A DNA stretch of 64,000 nucleotides from the NCBI GenBank assembly GCA_964035545.1, contig OZ037771.1, positions 1,809,628 through 1,873,627 on the forward strand. Reading direction: 5' to 3'. Below, piece after piece: positions 1 to 31,904 of this stretch (position 1 is its first letter; every line of letters begins with the position of its first letter). Source of the DNA: Bugula neritina. Lineage: Eukaryota; Animalia; Bryozoa. The notes beneath the pieces are model-generated. The model was not told where the DNA came from. It did not search any database and saw nothing but the letters and a program-made list of their open reading frames with translations. Position numbers and translations under genes: made by a program.

Positions 1-112
1 CTGATTTAGGTAAAAACTGCAATAAACATCTAAATGAGTTAGAGAGGACCTGGTGAACCAATACCTCAGCCCAAGTGCCCACATGATGCATGGAGTTAGT
101 GGAGAAACGAAC

Positions 113-18353
<18,241 letters not shown>

Positions 18354-19482
18354 CTTGACTTTTGATGACAACCTATTCAGTCATTCAAAGTGAAACTGTC
18401 AGATTTACATATAAACAACTGCTGGAAACTCAATCTAATGAACTCAATTAAGTTTTTTCACTTTGGTTCAGTGAGAGCCACTTGTAGTGTAGTATACTAT
18501 ATTCCAGTGAAACTAGGGTAACTAGTATCCAGGCCACCACTAAAATGAAAAAACACCACAAGTGAGATAATTGTAAAAAAAAGATAAATAAGCAGATTTG
18601 ATAAACTCAATGGAAATTAAATTCAAATTGAACTAAAATAATGATTTGAACTAGTCTCAAATATGATTCATTACTAAAAAAAATGGTAGTACCCATAATG
18701 AAAATTATATGTAACTAATAGCTTACTAAATATTTTATTGTAGAATTGGTAGTCAAAATAAACATCATTATGAGTATACTGGAGGTCTCCGCATTATTGA
18801 CTACCAATGCTATCAAAATATATTACACAGAAGGATATTTATTACATAATTTTTCAATAGTGAGTCACTGAGCAGAGCAATCTGAAACCATTTTATGAGC
18901 TTTACATGGTTACAAATAATAAATCAAATATTAAATTCATGCTACTTATTACTCTATTTGAATTTAATTAGGTATCTATACCATCAATGATTAATTCTAG
19001 TTTAAATCACAGTGTTCATGTATTTGTAATACTTATACTACAACTAAAAGCAAATCAGGACATTTGCCAATAACTACTAGAATAAAGCAGAATATCACTA
19101 TTCATTGTACATATCAACATAAACTAAACTAACCCCAACCCAAGCTAAAAATTATAGCACTAACAGTTACAGTAACTTGCAAACTAGAAATCTCAATAAA
19201 AAACTAAAATACTTAGTAACACTAACTAACTTAGTCAGTCATACTGAGTTACTAGTAGTAGTTACTACTTACTAAAAGTATGAATGATTATGATTAGGAG
19301 TATAATATAATATAATTATAATGATAATATAAATAAATATTAATATAATACCACGCCATACGCCTACGGTTACCGCTGTGAACTTAAACTTAAAGTTAAA
19401 CTGAAACTCGTACTCACTTAAACTTGCATTTGGCTTGGCAGCACAACAACTACAAGCCAACTCCTAACGGGTTAACCTCAAC

Positions 19483-19580
19483 CTGCCAAGGACATCAACG
19501 TTATGAACAAATCTGAAAGTAGATGAAGGCTGTGGGTTTTAGGAAACGTGTGAATGTCAGTGAGACTGCTAATTCGAATA
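19483..19580 (-). other. Candidate non-coding first exon (5' UTR) of the JIP3/4 gene
   Basis: The first coding exon has an acceptor upstream of its ATG, so a UTR exon must exist. A CAG|GTTGAG donor lies at 19482, next to a CpG-richer promoter-like stretch (19600-19750). The 5' end is a guess. Confidence 0.35.
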
Positions 19581-20580
19581 ATTTCTCATGTGATACATAC
19601 AATAATTAAATACGCGTAACTTGACGTTGTAAATGGAAAGTAATTATTAATAAGATAACTGCTTTTTGTAATATTGACGGGTTCGATCAGCTGACCCCGA
19701 CCATGACCCAAAAACTAGAGACGCCAACTCCCTAGTTTTAGTAACTCTTCGGTTTTAGTTCAATGGCTAAATAATATTTATTTCACTGATTAACAAGTTA
19801 AGGTGTATACAAAAGATTGCGACGACTTGCTGTTGCCCGTAGTTTCACTTTTGAGGATTCTTAACTACAAATATTGAGCAGACAACTCCATAATGATTAG
19901 GCAGACCTGCGGATGGTGACGTGACGTTACACATTTATTAAATGAGGAGCCATAATGAATACAAGCTTACAATTTTACACCATATTTGTATAAAATCAGG
20001 CAGGAGGCTAAATACAAGTTTCTGAGTATGTGTGCATATGGAAAATAGGCTCTAAATTATTGCTATATGGTGGATAATATACAATCAAACATTCGCAACA
20101 GTTATCCCAACAAATATGAGAAATGTTGTTTGCTGACAATGTACAACGAAAACATAGCTATTCCCAATGGTGGCACACGAGCTACATGACCATCTGACTT
20201 TTATCAAATTATACTAAGCGATAGCTGCACATCTGGTTACACCCATGGCAGATAAAACAGAAGACGTTTTAGAATAACATCACCATTTATTATACAATGT
20301 TGAACCAATCTCACAGCTCTCTGAATGAAAAATAAAATATGGAACAGAGAAACAATGGGCACTTGGCATTTACATCATATTAAACACAATTAATTACATT
20401 TTATTCATTGCATCAAAATATTCTCAAGATACAACAATATTAATTGATGAAACCAGAGAAATGTATCATAAATAAAGATATTGTTTCATTCTCGAGCAGT
20501 CAAGAAATGAGAGACTATTACAAAATGGACTGTAGGAAAGGAAACCGATATAATGTGTGAAGACAACTTCAAGTATCGGT

Positions 20581-22032
20581 TTAATATCCACTTCTTATGC
20601 TCTGTATTATTTGAAACACCGCTACAAAAGACAACAAGAGTTACCATATAAACACATGATTGTAAACTAGAATACTAGAAGATACTTGCATACAACGAGA
20701 ATATACATAAGGAACTATATACAAATGAGATTGTGCAAAATACTATAAAATTGATTTACAAACTTACATTCATAGTTACAGTGATAAAAAAACACCCCAA
20801 TTTCTAAAACCAGCTGTAGTGGTAGAGCTTGATTACTGAGACTCAACAATAATATTTTATAAGAAAAGCTGTGCTGTAAATTAGGTATTCACTCATTGCT
20901 TTCTTCCTCGGTTGGATACTAGACATTTTTTAAGTAATGCATAAAAAAATATCAGCAAATAGTCGGTAAGAAAATAACAATATTATTTGTAGAAGTACAT
21001 TGTGCAATAAATTATCACAAAGTAAGATGACCATCACAAATGTTTAGTATATATTTAAGCAGATTTGGAATGTTTAAGCTGTGCATTTATTTATTAACTA
21101 GCCTTAAAAATACACTAATGTGACAGTTTGCGTTGCTAGGCAACTAGATGCTGCCCTAACAGTGGCAGCGCTTGAATACAAGGAATCCACAGAGAAATGA
21201 TCTTACATACCTGATCCACATACTACAAATACAAAGAGAGCCAGTAGCCAAGGTCCAACTGCGGGTCCGTCTTCTTTATTCATCTACAATTTAATACAAA
21301 ATACATAACATAACATGTTTATTGGAGATAAATCCCAGAGTACATCATGTTGACAATCAACCAGTTGCTTAGGAAAACATGCTTTTTGAGCTCATAACTG
21401 TAAGTATAAAAACTGTAACTGAGGAGCTTAAAAATTAGTTTATGATACTAGTCATTGCAGAAACTAGTTCATAAATTTACAATATGCTCAAATTTAATCA
21501 GCGAAATATCTCATTTTCAATTAGACATGGGAACTAGAAAGTCCAAAGCAATTTCAAGTCACTAATTTTTTTAATAATTAGTCTTCAGAAGCAAATTTTA
21601 AAAGCATTTGAGAAAAGCTTTTAAACATTTAAACTACCATAAACAAGTGATAGTGATACTGATTATCAATATGAATTTCATTATACTTGGTGATTAGATT
21701 TACTGATTACTGATTAGTCAATGTCATTACATTGACTTACTTTTATTTTTAGTGATTTACTGATTACAGTTACTGATTACTGATTAGTGATTACTATTTA
21801 CCGAACGGTTATAAAGCTTGAATCGGTAGTTTAGTTCAATAAGTAGCCAGCCTAATTAACAAGAACTCTCAATAATAACTTCAAACTTTGAAATCAAATT
21901 AAAAAATTGTAGTATCTGTACTAGTTGAATAAAAACTTAGTTACTTACCAATGATTTCGGTACGTTTCCTCTGGATGTGATGTTCTTTTGGTGCTTATCA
22001 CTAGCTACTTTCATTCTCTGTTTGGCAGCCAT
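20581..22032 (-). CDS. SERP1: Stress-associated ER protein / RAMP4 (65 aa, tail-anchored), 3 coding exons: 22032-21949, 21283-21211, 20621-20581
   Basis: Spliced translation [65 protein letters not shown] matches the SERP1/SERP2 consensus (KNIT.[28 protein letters not shown]). Canonical GT-AG introns. Missed by the ORF track because the exons are short. Confidence 0.96.
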
Positions 22033-25000
22033 TTTTTGTGTGTATTGTGTATGAGTCTTGTAATTAAGTAAATCAGTGAACGTCAACTTATTTTGTCAAT
22101 TTTACACCTACTAGTTTATTTTTAATGAGTAAGTAAAAGCAAGTGCAACCGTACGCCTTCTCCGACTTTCTTCAGCTTGCCAACTGGTAAATACACTGCG
22201 AACAACGGCTTTTGCAACTGATTGGTTTGAGAGAATTAGATAGCGACACGTTGACAAGGTTAACACGTAAGAACCTAGGTTTGCGGATATACGTGTTTAT
22301 TTGCCTTTTTGGCCATTTACAAAATATCGTTATTTCCCTGAACGTCGGTTCAATTAAACAAGAGAACACAACTTTGAATTACAGAAGTATGATAATTTTG
22401 TTAGGATTGACTGTATAGAATACCAAAACAATTGATTTTAATATAACAAAATTAAATTTCTAAAAAAAGATTTTCAAATGCTTAGCACATAAACAATGAC
22501 TATTTAGTAATATCTAGTTCTGTTATATACTTATATTCTTCTACGTAACACAAAGATTTACATGTAGGTTCATATAACCAAAATGCAACATGGATAGATA
22601 ATATTGTAATAAGCCAGACGATATATTTTTATAATGAATTTATTATATATGCATGCATGTGCAATTAACTAAAGTAATAGATAATTTACCAAAGAAATTG
22701 ACGTAACTCTAGCTGATATTTGAACTTTTAAACTGATCAAAATCAAATTAGTCAAGCTGCTAATAAAAGTAGTTTGATGGTCTAATCATACTCAGCTCAA
22801 ACTGCACATAGGTCATTGTTTACTTTGATTTGTTTATTTGTATATGCTATTATTATTCATGAAACCATTTGATGGCATTACAGATAATAAAAAACAAGGT
22901 AAGGCCCATATGCTGGCCAAAAGTGCTTCAAAGAGAAATTGCTAAACATGAACAGGGGGCAGTCAGCAAAGGAAGCTATAAGATTAAAAATGGATGATTG
23001 GATCAAAATGATTTGACATTTTTGTCTGCTATGATGATATGTGATTACATAATATAGAAAGCTTGCTTTTCGAACTCTTGAGCAACATAATTATCTGTAC
23101 CATAGCATATGGCACAGTCCAGTTTATTTAGTACAAACTGAATTTGAGTTTGTCAGTTTATATATTGCTTGTTTTTACATGTTTGTGATTGACTATACAG
23201 ACTCAAAATGATTTTAATTAATGTAAAACTATCTCAAAATTAATAAACTTTTCATATTTGGCTGGGAACAACAGTACAATATTGTATAAACTCATTAAAA
23301 AGTTCGTTTTTTTAGCTAATTTCCTATATAAGACAGTTCAAAATGAGTGGTTTTGACATCTTTCAGGATTTATAAGTTTTACAATTCTAAATCAAGTTAT
23401 ATTTTATTTACATATAACGAAAGAAAAATATTTTATCTTCACAATGATGTTTTATTTGCAGGGGTCTCGTACAGATTTAGTTCAGAAATGATGTTTTAAG
23501 TAACACAAGCGTCAAATTTCTTACCTAATCGAACTGCATCGTACTTACTCACGCCATTACTGATTACATGCTTGCGGAGTTGTCCGTCTATAACTAAATT
23601 TATTTTCGAAATGCTTTCCTATTTTCAAAGAAATATCTCAAATAAAATGGCCGATGTTGATTTGTTTTTTAATTTTAATAATATTTCAAAGAAATATTTT
23701 GAAAAATACTTGTCTTATTATAAAAAAATAAAACTTATTCAATTTTATCAATTGAATTTGCTCTTTTATTTTTTTTCGGAATTAGTTTTGTCATTAGCCC
23801 GCGAAATATTAATTCTAACTTGATGAAATATCGTTTCGTTCTGCTGCTTAAATTTCTTAATAAGAAAGTTTTGGTATATAAGTTTACTTCTTTTCAACCA
23901 ATATTGTGTTTGCTGTTGGATAACTTTTGATCATTGTTGGTAAGTAGCAAATTATTACACTATTGGGCTTATTACAAAATTTAGAGTCATTGTGAATATG
24001 AAATTAATGGGAAGATATAGCTGCAAGCACGAGCACTGGTAGTAGTTGTAGTAGTATTTATACTCATTATAACTAGAAGTATAACTATTATTATGGGAGT
24101 TTTGATATGTTATAATAATTGATATAACTGATAATCAATAATAACTAATGATTTTATCAGTACGAGTTAGAGTATTGCTGGTACTTGTTGTAATTTCAAG
24201 TTTATTTACTTTCATTTTGTCAACAATATGAATATTATTCTAAATATTATAATTACATACAAATTCAATAAAATTATATATCATCATAGAATAAATGTTT
24301 TATAGGTAATTCTTTTGAATTTAGTATATTTTGCAGTTTTTAGTTAATATATAGTATATTTTGCAAGTTTTATTTAATTGAGTCGTACTTTAAATAGCAA
24401 TATGAATTTGATTAGAAATAATCAATGTAAATTGTTAGCCACCTTCTTTTAGTTTTTAATCCTACAACAATAATAATATTAATATAACAGTTTCAAGTAA
24501 TTCGCTTGAATTTAGTATATTATTTTTTTCAGTTTTTGTTTAATTGAGCTGTACTTCAAATATCAATACGAATGTGATTAGAATTAGTCAATGATAATTG
24601 TTAGCCACATTATTTTAGTTTTTAACCCCGAAAACGTGCAATGACACTTACTTTCAGCTTTGTATTTGTATTGGTATAATTATTTAATATACTTGAAGAC
24701 TGTCAATATTAAGCTCAAACTAATAACTATAAATTATATTAACTATCTTATTGAATAATTACGATTTTAAATTTGACTTTGTTATTAATGATTATTTTAC
24801 TATATCACTCACTTGATATTTTTCTAATGAAGCTTGAAACAACACGGTTTTGTATTTTCATGTGTTCGAAATTTGATCTGTCATGAGTATTGTGCTGAAA
24901 CTAATACTTTATTTTATTTTTTTTCTAACTCAGTTTGGTTATACTTCAAATGTGATTGTGAAAAAATAAAGGCTTGCTCATAGTTATTTGTCAAATTAAA

Positions 25001-25294
25001 ATTGTAATATGATGTATTAGGATGCAAATATAAAAAAATATCATTTCGATTAGAATTTGAATATAATCTCAATTACTGACAACTATCAGCAACCAACTAT
25101 AAAACTTAGAATATTTTATTATAGTATTATAAAATCTTGGTAGATTTTAATTGAAATTTAAATTTAAAATATCCATGAGTAATATGTTAAACTACTAACT
25201 AAGGTAGTGCGCCATCACTTTGCTAGAATTTCTTTGTAGTATAACATAGTTCATCAGTGACTGTATACTTTATACTATAATTTCAGCCTTTAAA

Positions 25295-25780
25295 ATGGGT
25301 CCTAAAACTAGATCTGCTGTTATTTCAAAAGCGCAATACCTGAGAGAATATCGAGCCAATTTATCTCCAAGTGTGAAGAAAGAGCGAAGTAGAAAACGAG
25401 TGGAAAAAGCTCGTCTTCGACGACAAGCTCTTCGGGAGAAAGCTAGACAAGATAACTTGAATCTTAAAAAAGCTCGACGTGCTGAAACTAACAGGCGGTA
25501 TAGGGCCAAACAAGACAGTCTTAAAAAGCAACAAGCCCTATCCACACCATCGACGAAAGCAAAACACATTGCTCAGCTTATAGACAGTGCTTCACCATCA
25601 ACAAGTGCTTGTTTAAAAAGCTGCCACTTGAAAAAATCTCGAGAAAGAACTGCTGAGTATAACATTGTGCAAGCTGCGTCCAGCACATGTAAGAAAGTTC
25701 CAGAAAGTACCCCTAGGGTGGTGCGGAAATGGTACTTTTGCGAAAATTCCAGTTGTCCTTATACCAACAGCAAAATATGA
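25295..25780 (+). pseudogene. Truncated transposon-encoded ORF (161 aa, K/R-rich helical N-terminus, no catalytic DDE/DDD domain)
   Basis: Lies inside the TIR element, with an AAAATG start preceded by a TTTCAG acceptor (25285-25286). The reading frame runs into the 3' subterminal region. Confidence 0.6.
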
Positions 25781-25890
25781 CAAGATGCTCGCATGCTTTT
25801 AATCAAAGCATGAAATTAAACATTATAAAATCACAGTCTTATATGAGGTCATTCAAGTTTCATGAAGCTCTTCTTTATCTTGCGACAGCG

Positions 25891-26232
25891 ACGTTGCGTC
25901 ATGCATATGAAAGACCCCCATGGTAAATAACCCTACATATTAGGGTACAGCAAATCCAAACACCTTAACAGGATGTAATTCTGTGCATTTCCATACCTAA
26001 ATACAAGAATATATGACATAAAAAAAACCTAAATATTTAATTAATTACGTTACGTCACGCATATGACTGACCCCCATTCAATTGAAATTTAGTAGTATAT
26101 TTGAATTCAACATAAAAAATAACCCCTATCAAGCTGAAAAATAAACTTCCCGACAGAAGGTATAAAATATAAGGCATCAACAACAATATTGTGTCTTTTC
26201 ATTACGTTGCGTCATAGTCATGCTTGACCCCC
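25891..26232 (+). repeat. Three subterminal repeats (ACGTT[G/A]CGTCA..CAT..GACCCC), about 156-bp period
   Basis: Copies begin near 25891, 26047 and 26204, inside the right end of the transposon. Confidence 0.7.
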
Positions 26233-26609
26233 TCTAATCAAAATTTAACTTGCATATTCAGATTCAGCAGGTAAAAATACCCCATGTAGGCTGTTTAAAA
26301 AAAATATAGACTCAAATATAATTTTCACTATTTTTTTTTGTGTTTGTACTAAATAAAGTGGACTGAGCCATATGGCTGTAGGTAGACAACTCCTAAATTA
26401 ACATAAATTTGCTCAGTTGCCTGTATGATACAAGTATAATATAATGATAATAGTGGTTTAGTGTATAAGGTTGCTATGGGTTTACCAAGTATAATCTGTA
26501 AGTGTTGCCAGACTCTATGGCCATATTGGGTTTTACAGGCCAAATTTATTGTTACAAGTTAAATTATATAAAGTACATAACTACTATATACAGTATATTA
26601 TATTTTAGG

Positions 26610-26644
<35 letters not shown>

Positions 26645-29600
26645 TTATTGCGTAAATACTTGATATATAGTATATAGTATACATATATAATGCATAACTG
26701 ATTTTTACTTATCACACTTGAGTTTCACTTAATTTATTTACAGACTGAAAGTATACCGATGTATTTTCATCTAAAAAACTAAACAATAAATACGATAGAA
26801 ATATTTAAGGCAAAAATATTTTTACGCAACTTAGCATACTATGTATCTATTATGTAAAACTTTTTCAAACAAAACAGAATGCTTATGATGAACACTAAGC
26901 ATGAAGAGTTGATGGATACAAAGGTGCTGTGGAAACATCAGGAAGAGTTGTGTAATAGCTCAATGCTTGTGTTCATCCTCCTTGCATAATTTAAAAAATG
27001 GTTTGAATAAAGGGTATTATTTTGTGTGTTGAAAGGGTACATTAACATCCTAGTTGGTATATTGTAGGTATTTAGATGCAGAAATATGTGAAAACTGCAT
27101 GTCTATATATAACACTTGATGAAGTTGAAAGCAAATTTTAAACTCATCATTCTTACTGTTAAAATATCTTGATACATTCAAGACTTGAAATTCACACCCT
27201 ATAGCTAGTCGCCCCCCCCCCCCACCTATGCACACGCTTGCATTAAAAATACCGTGCATGCAGAGTTTCAAACAAATCTGCAGAAGTATTGAACCAAGTT
27301 GGTTATATGAAGTTGCAATACCTTCAAGTTATAACACATAATTTTATGCAAGCTTTCTTTATTCACGGTACATTATAGTACTCTGTTATATTTATTTTAC
27401 TTGGCACGTAAAACAGTTCTATAATATATAAGTTCCTTCTAGCAAAGCTTGCAATAAATATTTTGAATAGAGTTCCAATGGTGTGTATGGATAAATTGAT
27501 TTTTGAATTAAGATAATAATCAATATGCGGTTTCAAATGAACAACTATATTGATAGATTCAAGGTACACTGTTAGTTAGCTCAGACTTAATATTATGCAG
27601 ACTAAGTGCTATGGTATGGTTATGCAAGTTTTGCTCACAAATAAATTCATAATATCATGGGCAATGCCTTTACAACTTAGATGAACCAATCGACTGTGCA
27701 AAGGTTTTGTTGCTTTTATAAGTTTTTGCAGCTGCAAGTAAAAATCTTTCACAGAATTGGTATAGGCACAGTATGTCAGTTGTTTAACTTTCTGATAAAT
27801 GCAGCTTTATGACAGGCTTCAAAATATTAACCTTTTTTGAGTTTACTGTGTAGGGAGCATTATCAGCTTTGTTGTTCAATCCAGAACCAGGAGCTGGTGA
27901 ATGGTTAATTAAGAAACAACTATGGAAAGTCTCCAATATTGTAATCAGGTAATTCAATCTGTGTCCGTATGCCAAATATAGAAGGATATTATTATGATAG
28001 CAATAATAACATGGCAAAGTTCTGATGTGACAGTTTTGTTAAAAGGAATTTAATTGTTATACTTGATAAGGAAAACTGAACTGGTGTTTTCTGCGGAGGG
28101 GATTTTTCTGAAGAGCTTAAGGAAGTGGAGAACTGAATGGCTATCCCTCCCTGTAAAGTGCACATCATTTGATGAGGGGTTTGGGAAAAGTTCCAATTAG
28201 TTTTAGGGAGGGAAGTCATTATATTGGTCATGACAATATTTATTGGCTCGTAAGAACAATAAGATATTGTTTTTTATTGCCAACCAAATATGAGTCATAA
28301 ATGCATTAGTTTTGATTGACAGCAATCTATATGCGATGATTCAATTGGTTTGATGTCGCTTATTGCCTACACTTTAGATCTCCAGCAATTATATTATTAT
28401 TTCCTTGAATGACTAGTGTTCCAAAATATCTCCATAACTTCTGCACATCCCTGGAAATATCCTCGTTTTGATTGGTAGAAAAAATATCCCATAGGAACTT
28501 TGCAACATAAATTCATCAACACAATATTGCAACACCCAAATTGTGACTAGAAATAATTTCTTAAAAGATTATGCACGCTTTCATTTAGCCCTAGGACCTA
28601 AACAAGTTTATATAACGCTATAAATTACAAGCGATTAGACAATGTCGAGGATCGTCTTACACTTCTTCAACTGTTTATTTTCCATCAGCTGCATAACAAA
28701 GGGCTGAAAAGCACGTTAAGTGAAGGTATACCTGCTATAAGCATGCAATGTAGGCAGTAAACCTATAATTAGTTCCTTGTAGTGCATCCTATAAGTATTA
28801 GTTAACTCTTTGTTCATCTTGTTCAACAATGCTTTTGTGCTTAGCAATGTTACACTAATCATTCTAATTGTACTCAGCATTATTGTATCAATAAGGTATG
28901 AACAGACATCATTGTAATATTACAGCATTCAGGAGAAGATAACCCTATCGTTATAAAGATTTTTATCACTTATAAGTTAAACTTTCGCTTTTTTGTTGCA
29001 TTTCAAAATTACTCGTTACAAAAAAATGTATAAAATCTACTATACTTCTGGTTTGTCAATTTTCTTTTCAACTTTAAAACCAAGATAACAGCAGCTCGTT
29101 TTGACAAGTGTTACTCATGGAATAACCATATTGGGTTATATGAATGGCTGCAATAACATTTTATAATAGCTGTTTTACATATGTATTTATGATAAGAAAA
29201 ATTTGATCTAAATTGGTATAAGGAACTATAAAGTATATGCCTTTTTAGAACAATACACAAGATGACCAGAAGAAAAGAACGTATATTACAATAATTCTGC
29301 ATAGCATTCTTTCAATGTGAAAGAAACTGTCAGTTATTTTCAAATTCGCAACTCAAAGGCAAGTTTTTTGTGTTGTAAGTTAAAGTAAGACTACAAAAAT
29401 TACAGAAATATGCATAATTATACTGAATTGACTGTTTTGAATAATATACATACAGTACCTTTAGAAATTGAGGTTAAGTTGTATTATAGGAGATGAAAAA
29501 TCATGCATCAATAATATTTCATTTTTTAGCTCATGCTAAACTGAAAACATTAAAACAAAAATAAGTTTGCGGCAGCTAGTTGCTTAGCAACCAGATGCTA

Positions 29601-30219
29601 GGTATATGACAATAAAGTCAGACAAACATGCAGAGTTTGTAGTTTTCTTGCATAGGACTGCAGGTAAAATTGTCTGCATGACTTCCGGTTTCCATGAAGT
29701 ATAGTAAGCCAATTCTTACAATTAAAGCAATCCCTCTAGGAACTCGTCTAATGTTTGCAGCATTTCTTGTCTACAGCAGAACAAATTTGGTGTAAATTAA
29801 TTAAATGCAGTAACTTTTGTATCCTTGTGCAGTACATCGAAGGTCATATCTGCATGCACATTTATCTGCAGCTTTATTGCATTAATGATAACTATAACAT
29901 TATCTTGTATATCATTTTCTTTCCACATGACTAATTGGCATCTCTCCAAACCGATAAAACTTTGATAAAGATAATCACATTACAGTATATTATAATGAAA
30001 AACTAATCTTTTAACTTGATCAAATTGGATGAATATCAAATCTGTGAAAGCAATCTGTAGTTTATTATCATATTCTTCCTTGTGTAAAAGTGTATATAGA
30101 TGTACGAACTATTAAATAGGTCAGCTTGACCTAGAACAATACATATAGAAGATGCGCTTCCGGTGGTGGTCAACTTTGTTAGTCAAAACATCACAGAACA
30201 AAAACCAAAACACTTTTGA

Positions 30220-30510
30220 CCCCCTAATCACACGTACGCTGTAACAGCAAATATCAGCCATTTTTACAAATGTCTGAGCTTCCTATACGGTGTTGCGGTA
30301 CGGTAGGATCAAGCACTGCTTGATTCAAATGAGTTGTGGCGGACTCCTATTGGACAGAAAAACTTTTGCGTTAATTCATTGGATGTAATTGTCCAATGAA
30401 GTGTCATAGATCGTACCTAATAGCGGACTTTGAAAACTTCAGCCCGGACACATTAAAAATGGCTGAAATTTGCTGTTACGGCGTACGATACGGTAAGTGT
30501 GAATAGGGGG
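30220..30510. mobile_element. MITE (about 290 bp), PIF/Harbinger (Tourist)-like
   Basis: Left end CCCCCTAATCACAC-GTACGCTGTAACAGCAAATATCAGCCATTTTT is an imperfect inverted repeat of the right end AAAAATGGCTGAAATTTGCTGTTACGGCGTAC...GTGTGAATAGGGGG. Flanks TGA/TAA could be a degenerate 3-bp TSD. Confidence 0.7.
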
Positions 30511-30555
30511 TAAGTGACATGACTACAAGGTTAGTAATGTTGAGATTACACAGTA

Positions 30556-30630
30556 GCCCCTGTGGTGCAATGGTCAGCTTGCCTTCTTGCAAGCTGAAGG
30601 TCTGTGGTTTGATTCCCAGTTGCATGGGGG
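30556..30630 (+). mobile_element. tRNA-derived SINE head or tRNA pseudogene
   Basis: Pol III A-box TGGTGCAATGG and B-box-like GGTTTGATTCCC at tRNA spacing; the stems do not form a clean cloverleaf. Confidence 0.5.
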
Positions 30631-31904
30631 GGGGAGAGTTTTATAAGAAATCCTACTATATAAGCCCCTATTTACTGCTAAACCCCCATATAATGAGTTT
30701 TTAATTTTGAACAACCAAATCTTTAGGTAAATGAGTGTTTGAAAACTACTGTAGAAGCTAGTCAAGTGACAATTTTATAACAACAGCTATAGTTGAACTG
30801 ATGAGTTATAGTAATAAAATATTGAAATTTGTTGGGTGGTTTTATTACTCTGGTAGTATGCATGTTACAAAATATATTACATTCTATAGCATAGAAAAGT
30901 AAAGCCCTGCCTATAAACATATATTGTGTAAATCATTTTAGCTACTTTCATTCTGCTTGTAAAACATATTTTCCAAAAACAATTCTTAGAATTTCAGGCT
31001 GATAAAAAGTAGTGCATCAAAGGAACAAAGGTCGATGGTAGAAAAAATAAATGCTAGTTTTCTGTGTGTAAGTATGCAAATAACTTTGAAGAGGTTCTTT
31101 ATTCATTTTATGAATATCTGCTGCATATGTAACCAGGAAGAATATGCATTCAATGCTTTTAAACTAAGCAGAAAACTTCAGATGTTAACCTGAACAATTA
31201 ACTACAATGTGATTGGTCCATTATGTAATGCACTACAGCACACTATTGCAACCAGGAAACTTTTCAGCAGGGGTGTACGTATAATATATACAGCCAAGGG
31301 GGTAAAGAGGTATTGGTGCATTCAGGTATAATTATTCCACTTTTGCAACGTACAACATCAATAAACAAATTCGGAACAAGCTAGCTAGTTTTATCAGCTA
31401 TTTTTATTCTCAGTACAACAAAAGCCAAGTGTGATTCCTGCTATTTTTGTTTGTTTGTTTGTTTATTTTGTTATGTTACATCAAAAGCTCAACAAAACAA
31501 TAAAACTATTAGCAATGTTTTAAATAATTTTTGTTAAATTCAGTAGGCTTTTTGCTTTTTTCAAAAATGTCCTGCAAATATTTTTGATTTCTAAATCCTG
31601 ATCCTTCTTTGATTCCTGACAAAAAATTAAATTTAAATCCAAAACAATTTTTGACAAAACAAGATATACATATAAAAATTGTACCGTTGTGAGACGAAAC
31701 ACACTTCAGAGCTGCAATTTGTCACGCATTGGTTAGGAGTGTATAGTTAAATAAAACATTTGTAACATTAGGTACTAAAATTTCTGCATCCACCCCTTAT
31801 CACTATGCATACTTTAAAAGCAATGCACACAGTTGGGTAAAGCAGAGCAGCCAGGAGAGTTTGAACAGAAAGGAATTAAAACATCTGCTAAGAAGCCAAC
31901 CAGA

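Larger units (their letters stand above)
23111..26369 (+). mobile_element. Non-autonomous (internally deleted) cut-and-paste DNA transposon, 3259 bp; Sola1-like or ISL2EU-like
   Basis: 28-bp TIRs: GGCACAGTCCAGTTTATTTAGTACAAAC (23111-23138) versus the reverse complement of 26342-26369, with 2 mismatches. ATAT directly flanks both ends (23107-23110 and 26370-26373). Subterminal repeats and a truncated basic ORF lie inside. Confidence 0.85.

Noticed and set aside
25270-25569. Minus-strand Arg/Leu-rich ORF
   Set aside because: Antisense shadow of the transposon ORF 25295-25780.
26400-30200. Short ORFs in the intergenic region
   Set aside because: Low-complexity AT-rich chance ORFs without motifs or a consistent exon chain.
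30556-30630. Functional tRNA gene (also 45130-45202 and 59690-59765)
   Set aside because: A and B boxes are present but the acceptor and anticodon stems do not pair properly; treated as SINE heads or pseudogenes.
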